From positions 1-24,211 of IMG/VR virus record IMGVR_UViG_3300025403_000041: 24,211 nt of DNA; one strand, given 5' to 3'. The stretch comes from a virus. Its lineage: Duplodnaviria; Caudoviricetes. A model generated the notes under the pieces. It was not told where the DNA came from, did not search any database, and saw only the letters and a program-made list of their open reading frames with translations. Position 1 is the first letter of the stretch. Each line of letters starts with the position of its first letter. The position numbers and the translations under genes were made by a program. Below, in pieces: positions 23,461 through 24,211 of the stretch.

Positions 23461-24211
23461 TGAGTAACAATTTCAACGACATCCTTTCAGTATTGGATAC
23501 AATCAATAAGGAGGTAACAGTACCGCTTTATATACCAAGTCTGCAAAGAGAAGTAAAGTTTAAAAGTATTAGTACAGGTCAACAAAAAAATATACTAAAA
23601 GCTGCAGTTGATAATCCAGTTTTCCAGACCCGCTTTACGATCGCATTTTATAATTTAATACAAGAAAATTGTACTGAACCGGCTATTGTATCTTTATTAA
23701 CCACTATTGATGCAGCTGCAATTGCTGTACAGTTACGAGTGTTTACTGCTGGTACAAGCTACACACTACAACAAGGCGCAAACAAATACAAAGTTAATTT
23801 ACAAACAATTATTGATGCTCTTAAAGAGGTTACCATACCTGCAGGAGACGTTGTTAATGATGGTACATTTAACATACAAGTCGGTGCACCTCTAATATCT
23901 GAGCATTATAGTATAGAAAAACAATTAAGAGAAAAAACAATTAACGATCAACAGGTACTTTCATCTCAAATTACCGATACCATTGGTGATGCGTTTGTAG
24001 GTGAAGTATCTAAGTTTATTAAAGGTGTGGTGGTTACATATAATAATCAAACTCAAGATGTAAACTATGCATCTTTACCTTTTGCAAAACGACATGCATT
24101 GCTTGAAAAGCTACCTAACAATGCAATACAGGGTGTACTAAAGTATATGGAAAAGTATGTAACAGTACAAAAGGATTTATTAACTATTACAGGTGAAAAT
24201 ATTGATACCGG
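23460..24211 (+). CDS. Baseplate hub protein, T4 gp26-like (3'-truncated; absent from ORF track)
   Basis: Open frame to window end: MSNNFNDILSVLDTINKEVTVPLYIPSLQREVKFKSISTGQQKNILKA...LTTIDAAAIAVQLRV...LLEKLP; paralogous to 22501..23430. Confidence 0.7.
   Translation, partial: MSNNFNDILSVLDTINKEVTVPLYIPSLQREVKFKSISTGQQKNILKAAVDNPVFQTRFTIAFYNLIQENCTEPAIVSLLTTIDAAAIAVQLRVFTAGTSYTLQQGANKYKVNLQTIIDALKEVTIPAGDVVNDGTFNIQVGAPLISEHYSIEKQLREKTINDQQVLSSQITDTIGDAFVGEVSKFIKGVVVTYNNQTQDVNYASLPFAKRHALLEKLPNNAIQGVLKYMEKYVTVQKDLLTITGENIDT

Noticed and set aside
1-24211. tRNA/rRNA genes, introns, inteins, homing endonucleases, IS elements
   Set aside because: Intergenic gaps are about 100 nt or less with no cloverleaf; no such motifs seen in the ORFs.

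Overview
AT-rich fragment of a large T4-like (myovirus) phage genome, read with standard code 11. Order: 3' part of the large terminase (gp17-like); an acidic minus-strand putative prohead/scaffold-type protein; neck protein gp14; three fibre proteins carrying about 2.5 kb of proline-free Gly-X-Ser (SGYSGI) repeats plus a LamG-like lectin; a ~4.7 kb non-structural-looking insert; gp3 tail completion protein; gp18 sheath; four tandem tail-tube-fold genes; a gp51-like and a gp26-like baseplate hub gene. The insert encodes three unrelated nucleotidyltransferase folds (RNA-ligase-like fused to HxGH class I, and Pol-beta-like) plus proteins with T4 capsid-targeting-like N-termini. Nearly every independently started gene has a TAA(G/A)TA late-promoter-like box 5-22 nt before the ATG and no Shine-Dalgarno. 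The best candidates for new biology are (1) a late-expressed, possibly virion-packaged nucleotidyl-transfer cassette and (2) the G-X-S fibre system with an LSA-enriched virion surface. All calls come from motif recognition by eye; no searches were run and the host cannot be determined.
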